A DNA stretch of 41,818 nucleotides from Gonapodya sp. JEL0774 (Eukaryota): assembly GCA_027604505.1 (NCBI GenBank), contig JADIIX010000041.1, forward strand, positions 124,001 to 165,818, written 5' to 3'. The notes beneath the pieces are model-generated. The model searched no databases and had not been told where the DNA came from. It worked only from the letters and a program-made list of their open reading frames with translations. The position numbers and the translations under genes were made by a program. Numbering within the stretch: the first letter of the stretch is position 1; each line of letters begins with the position of its first letter. This document shows, piece by piece, positions 36,492-41,818 of this stretch.

Positions 36492-38653
36492 ATGCGCACA
36501 CCCACATTCCCCATTCCCATCCTCCCACTCGCTCTCGCACTCCTCCTCTCCCTCTCTTCCCTCCATCCCGCCCTTGCAACTCCCGCAAACCTCCCCTCTT
36601 CCGCCATCGTGGTGGCAAAGGACGGCTCAGGCAAGTTCTCATCCGTACAGAAGGCGGTCGATTCCGTGGCTGCCGGAAACGCCGCAGAGGTTGTCATTTA
36701 TGTGAAGGTGGGTGGTTCGGGGGATCGTGGGCAGCGGGGGTTGAAGGAGGGTGGGGAAGGGAGGAGTGGTTTGACGGTGATGTGGTGACGTGGCCCCCGG
36801 TGTTATGTTTTGTCCAGGCAGGAACCTACACCGAGCAAGTTTCCATCAAGAAAAACTACATCACCGTCGTCGGCGGTACGTGCCCCATCCTCCTCCCCTT
36901 TCCCCTTTCCCCTTCCCGTTTCCCTCACCTCCCCCCCCGGCCCTCTCAGACGGCTACGCCTCCACCCGCATCACCAACAAGCTCGACGCCAAAACCTGGC
37001 AGGCCGCCAACCCGGGCGCCAGCGGCGCGTCCGCAGAGGCCGGCACCGTCAAGGTCCAGGGGACCCACTTCAAGGCGTTCGACATCACGTTTGAGAATAC
37101 GGCCACGGCGAGTCAGGTGGGTTTTTGGGGCGGTTTTTGGAGGCGCGTTGGAGGGGGGTTTTGGCGGGTTGGGGTCGGGGTTGGGGCAAGTGAACCAGGG
37201 TGGTGTTGTCCCACGGGACGGCGACGCCGAACTATACGGGGGCCGATAGGACCCGCACTGACGTCGGGTGTATCCAGCGACTCATCCCACCTCTCCCGTC
37301 CCATTCCCACCAACTCCCCCGCACCCCCCCACCCCCTTAGGCGCCCGCCTTCTACATGCTGGGCGACTACAGCTACATCGAGAACGTGCAGTTCCTCGGG
37401 TGGCAAGACACCCTGTTGAGTTACCAGGGGTCGTTCCAGTGGTACTACAACGTGGGTTGTGTTGCGGGTTGCCTTTGCGTGATGGGACTGGTGCGGTGCG
37501 GGGGCTGTGCAGCGCGGGGTGCGGGGGGTGCGGGGGTGCGGGGGGTGCGGGGGTGCGATGCGCCAGCGGACAATGTACGACCGTTGGGGTTGAGTTGACA
37601 CGACTCTGTATTCGTTCGTCCGCCATACCACCTCCCTCCCCCACTCCCCTCCCCAGGCCTTCCCTCCCCCCTCTCGCCCAGTGCTACATCCGCGGCGACG
37701 GTGAGTCCTCCCTATCCCTGTTCCCCCCCTCCTCTCATCCCATCCGAACCTCCCCCTCCCCTTCTTTGCTCACTCAGTCGACTTCATCTGGGGCTACGGC
37801 CGCGCCGTGTTCCAGAACTCGGAGTTCCACGTGGGCCAGCGACCGAGTGGGACGGGCGGGAACGGGAACGGGTACATCATCGCCAACGGGAACGACGGGG
37901 CGGCGCACAGTACGTCGGCGTTTTTGATGCTGGATTCGTCCATATCGGGTATGTGCCGGTCCCGGGCGCGTCAATGGGGGATGCTGGGGCTGACCCAGTG
38001 TGTCTCGCGCGGGCCTGCCACCACACCACACCCACACCACACCACCACAGCGGATTCGGGCATGAACGCGTACCTCGGACGCCCCTGGGGTTCCAAAGCG
38101 GCAGGCACGGTACGTTATTCTCCGCCCGCTCTACCGCTCTACCCATCTCACTCGCCACGGGTCTTCACTTCCCACCGCCCCAACCCCCCAACCCCCCCCC
38201 CCCCCCCCCCGCCCACCCGGCACCACCAGACACATCCCAAGAGGAAAGGAGAGCACGCGANNNNNNNNNNGTTTGTGTTGTCACGTCTGTTTATTCGTTA
38301 GTCCGCCATACCACCGCCCCCCGCCCCCCCCCTCCCCCCGCGAGTGGCAAAACGTCTACATGCCCTCCACTGTCCCCGCTGCGGGATACACCCCCATGTC
38401 CTCTGGGACGCCCGCCGACACGCAGTACTACGAAGTTTTGGGCACCAACACGGGCCCTGGCTCGGGTACGGGCGGTCGGGTCAAGTGGGTGCACACCACA
38501 AACACGAAGAGCTCGTTCGCGGGGTTTTTCCCCGGAGCGGCCAGTTGGTTGACCAGTCCGACAAAGTATGGAGCCAGTGTGGGGAAGGGGGCAGGGTATT
38601 TTAAGAGGTGTTGTGGTGAGTTGGGGTGGGGTGCGTGGCGGTGGGGCTGGTAG
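36492..38653 (+). CDS. Secreted pectin methylesterase (CAZy CE8), multi-exon
   Basis: Signal peptide, then IVVAKDGSGKFSSVQKAVD, IYVK|AGTYTEQV, ITFENTA, Q|APA, GWQDTL, CYIRGD|VDFIWG (19-nt exon 37682-37700), YLGRPW and EVLGTNTGPGS...RVKW. All five PME signature motifs are present. The exact C-terminus is uncertain. Confidence 0.95.
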
Positions 38654-39834
38654 GGCGTTGGGGGGGTTTCCCGTTTCGATTCGGACCACTCATGACCGCC
38701 AACCGCCTCTTTCCGTTTTCGGTCCTCTCAGTCTAAACCCACCCCCGACTCCGTCCTCGTCGAGACTCCCGCGAGTGGCGTGGGCGAGATGGTGGACTCT
38801 CGCCTCTCTGTGGGGTGGGGAACGTCACGCCCAAAGTTGCTTGCATGTTGCAGTCTTAAATTTAGGCGAACCTTCCCTCCCCTCCCCCCCCCCTCACAAA
38901 ATTAAGTCTCCAAAATCATGTAAATAGGGGAAAGAAAAAATAAAATTTAGTACGGGGCAAAGAAGCGAGTTCCAAATTGTGTGGTACATGATCTCCGCCG
39001 TTGACCCGCGGTTCATGATCTCGCGTTTGAGTTTTGACCCCATCGAGAGACGGGTGTCACTTCACTGCGGGTGGGGGGGGGAGGAAAAAGCATGCACGTT
39101 GACGGGGTGCGGTGCAGAGTTTTTTCACATCCAAAATACTGGTGGAAGCGCGCCGCGCCCTCCGCATCCACTTTCCCAGATTTCCTTGTTTTGTGCGCGA
39201 AGGGTGAAAGGTGTGTGGTGTGTGGTGTGTGGGTTCGTGTTGGTCCGTATTCGGTACCGTGCCCGCGAGCGGCGAGCGCGGGATAAGAAGGACCTGAAAC
39301 GAAAAACGTAGCCCTGACGAATGGGACGAGGTAGGGTAGGTCGGAGGTTGGGCAAAAGTCTTTTGGTGCGTTGTTGGGTCTTTGGGCATAGTTCATTGCG
39401 GGGGCCGTGGTCTGTGTGCTTGTGGCTCGCACGCGACAGAGCTCATGGTGCTTGATGGAGTAACGCCCGAGTACTGCAGGTGCGAATGCGAATATTCACA
39501 GGCCGCATCACTGTCACATCATGAGAGATGGGTTCCCAGAAATGGAGCTTATTTGCGCACGTGGGAAACACGAAATTTGCGGTTTTCATCAAATAGTATT
39601 AGGGGTAAAATCGTAATAACAACCCCGCAAGAGTTCAATCTATCTACAAAAACGCCAACATCCATCTAAAATCAATGCTCCAGCAGCATGCATAACCGCC
39701 AGAGGATAAATGTTGGTTCCAACAACCGCCCGTGCAGACCAGCGCTCCCGTGCCGCCGCCCGCCGCCACCTGCCGCCACCTGGGGTACCGGATTCCTACA
39801 TAACGCCGAGTCCCAGGACCCATGAGAGTGGAAT

Positions 39835-40517
39835 CTATTGGATACCTCTGGCTTTCCAGACCTAATTCGGTGCGGAAAAATGAGATGTGATGGGAATTGG
39901 AAGAAGAAAGTGGGGTTTTAGATAATGGGTTGGTTGGTTTCTCGGGAAATGGGCCGAGTCGGCAGGAACGGTGTGGTGTTACTCACGGGGACTTTTTGCA
40001 TGCTCTCAGTGGGGACGGAGAACCGGTCCTCGAAGGATTCGATACGGCCTGGAGAGAGAACGGAAGAAGGAGAGCGACGTGAGAAAAGCGTGTTTCGAGA
40101 GGTGGTAAGGAAGGTATTTGGGGGAAAGCGGGACGTGTGCGGCAGACGGTGCGTTCTCCAATGACTCCTCTCCTCACGCCAGTCCTTGCAGGTCTGCGCA
40201 AAGTTCCAGCTCTCTTTCCACTTGCAGCGTCCAGGTTGATGCAAGAACAGACATACTCACCCTTGTCAGCCCTCCACCTCAAGTCCTGGTCAAAGGTTGC
40301 CTTGTCGTACATCTTGTACAGGGCGACTGCGAGAAATAGGGGAAGCGAGGGAGGGGTTGAGGGTGAGCTAAGGAATGAAATGCAGGGAAAACAGGGGAGA
40401 CACAGCAAACAGCAACTCACAGACAGAAGCAGCCGCGACAGGAGTGAGGAGAACAATGACTTCAGGAGACTTTTTGATGTTGACGTAACCCCAACGGTAG
40501 AGCGCAGATGTGGCCAT
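39835..40517 (-). CDS. 83-aa single-TM NDUFA4/B12D-like (cytochrome c oxidase-associated) protein, 4 exons
   Basis: Exons 40517-40421, 40326-40261, 40048-39987 and 39861-39835, all with GT-AG introns in frame, give MATSALYRWGYVNIKKSPEVIVLLTPVAAASVFALYKMYDKATFDQDLRWRADKGRIESFEDRFSVPTESMQKVPVWKARGIQ*. The KxPE-hydrophobic helix-...D(L/V)RW layout resembles the NDUFA4/B12D family. Confidence 0.7.
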
Positions 40518-40615
40518 TTGGATTAATGGGAGTTTGGAGTTTGAGAGTGAGTTGGATAAGAGAGCGAGGGAATGCAGAGAATTGAGAATGGGGAAGGAAA
40601 GGGAAACGCGGGGTG

Positions 40616-40623
40616 TTTATAAA
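40616..40623 (-). promoter_or_regulatory. TATA-like box upstream of the NDUFA4/B12D-like gene
   Basis: TTTATAAA (palindromic) lies about 100 nt upstream of ATG 40517 and is followed on the minus strand by a pyrimidine-rich leader. Confidence 0.4.
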
Positions 40624-41256
40624 GGAGGGTTTGGGGGTGGCGCAGTGTGGCACAGACTGTGACTCACGGAGGGTTCGTGACTCATCCGCCCTTTGTCTCT
40701 TTTTCCTTGCACCCCCTCCTCCCTCCCTGACTGGACTGCTCCACCCATCCACCCATCCATCCATCCATCCATGCATCCACCTCTCTTCCAATGTCCATCA
40801 CATCAACTCTGCCCTGTACTGAGCTTTTATCCCCATCACTTTGATTCTTCCCTTTGTTGCTGTGAAGGCTCAATTCCCTTGAATTCAAACAAAAAGTATA
40901 TTTTTATTTATTTAATCGTAACTGCCTATTGTTATTGTGCCCGCTCCCTTGCCCGCAATCGGACCCATTTCTCCCCTCCCACTGCCTCGTCTCTGTTCTG
41001 CATCGTGTCTCCGTGCAGGCCTTGATGTCACTACTGAGCGGCCATTGCCACGTGTGATTCCTTGGCTTCTTAATTTATATCATATGTTGCTCATTTATTG
41101 TACAGAGGAGAATTCATCATGATATCCCGAAAAAACTGCATACGTGAGTGCCTCTCCGTCCACCCACCCTCCTTCCCCATCTCAAGTGTAGTATTACATC
41201 TCTGTTCCAACCCCGCAATCGACCCCCCATCCCCTCCACATCCCTCCACCTCACCC

Positions 41257-41812
41257 TCACTGCGTCCGACCCGCCCCCGCGGGCGCCGGGCGCCCGGGGC
41301 GCGCCCGCGNNNNNNNNNNCCTCTTCCCCTCCCTCGCCCGCTCCGCCCACTCCCTCGCCTCCCTCCGCCGCTCCTCCCTCCCCCGATCCTCAGCGTCCAG
41401 AATCACACCGGGCTTACGGTACTGGGTTGGATCAAAATGCACAATGTCGTTGGTGTGCCGTGTGTTGGGTGTGGAGTGGGTTGGGTGTGCAGTGTGTGCA
41501 GTTAGTGTGTTGGTGAGATCCAGTTGAAAACAGTGCCAGACCAGCGTTCTCCCCACACACCACAAAACCCCCAGTCAACCAAACCACACAAAAAACACGC
41601 AAATACCACCCTCCCCCGTCCTCGTCCTCGCCGGCTCTACACCCCAAACCCCCCAAACCCCCCATACCCACCCCCCACCAACCCACCAACCCACCTTAAC
41701 CACCACCGCCCCCGCCCCCGCCCCCCCCTCCTCATACCTCACCACCAACGCCGCCTTCTCAAACGGCAAATTCGCTCGGTCCATGTCCGGTATGGCCAGG
41801 CGGGAGTAAAAT
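41257..41812 (-). CDS. DPCD: DPCD (deleted in primary ciliary dyskinesia) homolog, 3' exons only
   Basis: Exon 41812-41695 reads FYSRLAIPDMDRANLPFEKAALVVRYEEGGAGAGAVVVK. After intron 41422-41694 it continues YRKPGVILDAEDRGREERRR...RTQ*. This matches the DPCD C-terminal pattern YYKKFxIPDLDR..LP......L...YxKP..V..AE...CKTQ. An N gap lies in the last exon. Confidence 0.8.
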
Positions 41813-41818
41813 CTGGAA

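Larger units (their letters stand above)
29881..41319. other. Four 10-N assembly gaps (29881-29890, 32563-32572, 38261-38270, 41310-41319)
   Basis: Runs of N, each adjacent to poly-G/poly-C or extremely GC-rich tracts. Confidence 0.99.

Noticed and set aside
6040..41812. Functional gene cluster of ciliary/dynein genes (DRC7, dynein IC, DPCD)
   Set aside because: They are interspersed with unrelated housekeeping genes and the dynein IC is the cytoplasmic type. The co-location is compatible with chance.

Overview
Gene-dense, intron-rich eukaryotic DNA, most likely from a flagellated (zoosporic) early-diverging fungus. This is an inference from the axonemal genes DRC7 and DPCD, a secreted CE8 pectin methylesterase and fungal-type introns; a Monoblepharidomycete such as Gonapodya is plausible but not shown. 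In order, the window holds: the 3' end of a Cof-type HAD hydrolase, CCDC47/DUF1682, a mitochondrial PPR protein, DRC7/CCDC135, CstF-64/Rna15, cytoplasmic dynein intermediate chain, a BAG6-like UBL protein, a decayed gene with an adenylate-kinase-like domain, an atypical RING/TRAF-zinc-finger protein, ferrochelatase, RPB12/RPC10 (with a 6-nt micro-exon), an unknown coiled-coil protein, pectin methylesterase, an 83-aa NDUFA4/B12D-like protein missed by the ORF track, and the 3' part of DPCD. The most unusual features are: (1) a G/C-skew wave phased to splice sites in the GC-rich domains, with G/GT-rich intron 5' ends, C/CA-rich intron 3' ends and a mirror-image codon bias in exons, suggesting structure-bridged splicing; (2) an antisense copy of a ferrochelatase exon fragment in the adjacent intron, differing only at synonymous sites; (3) a palindromic repeat element in introns of two neighbouring genes whose hairpin loop is flipped; (4) an unresolved last ferrochelatase exon, possibly 5 kb away. 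Exon boundaries were read by eye and no database searches were run.
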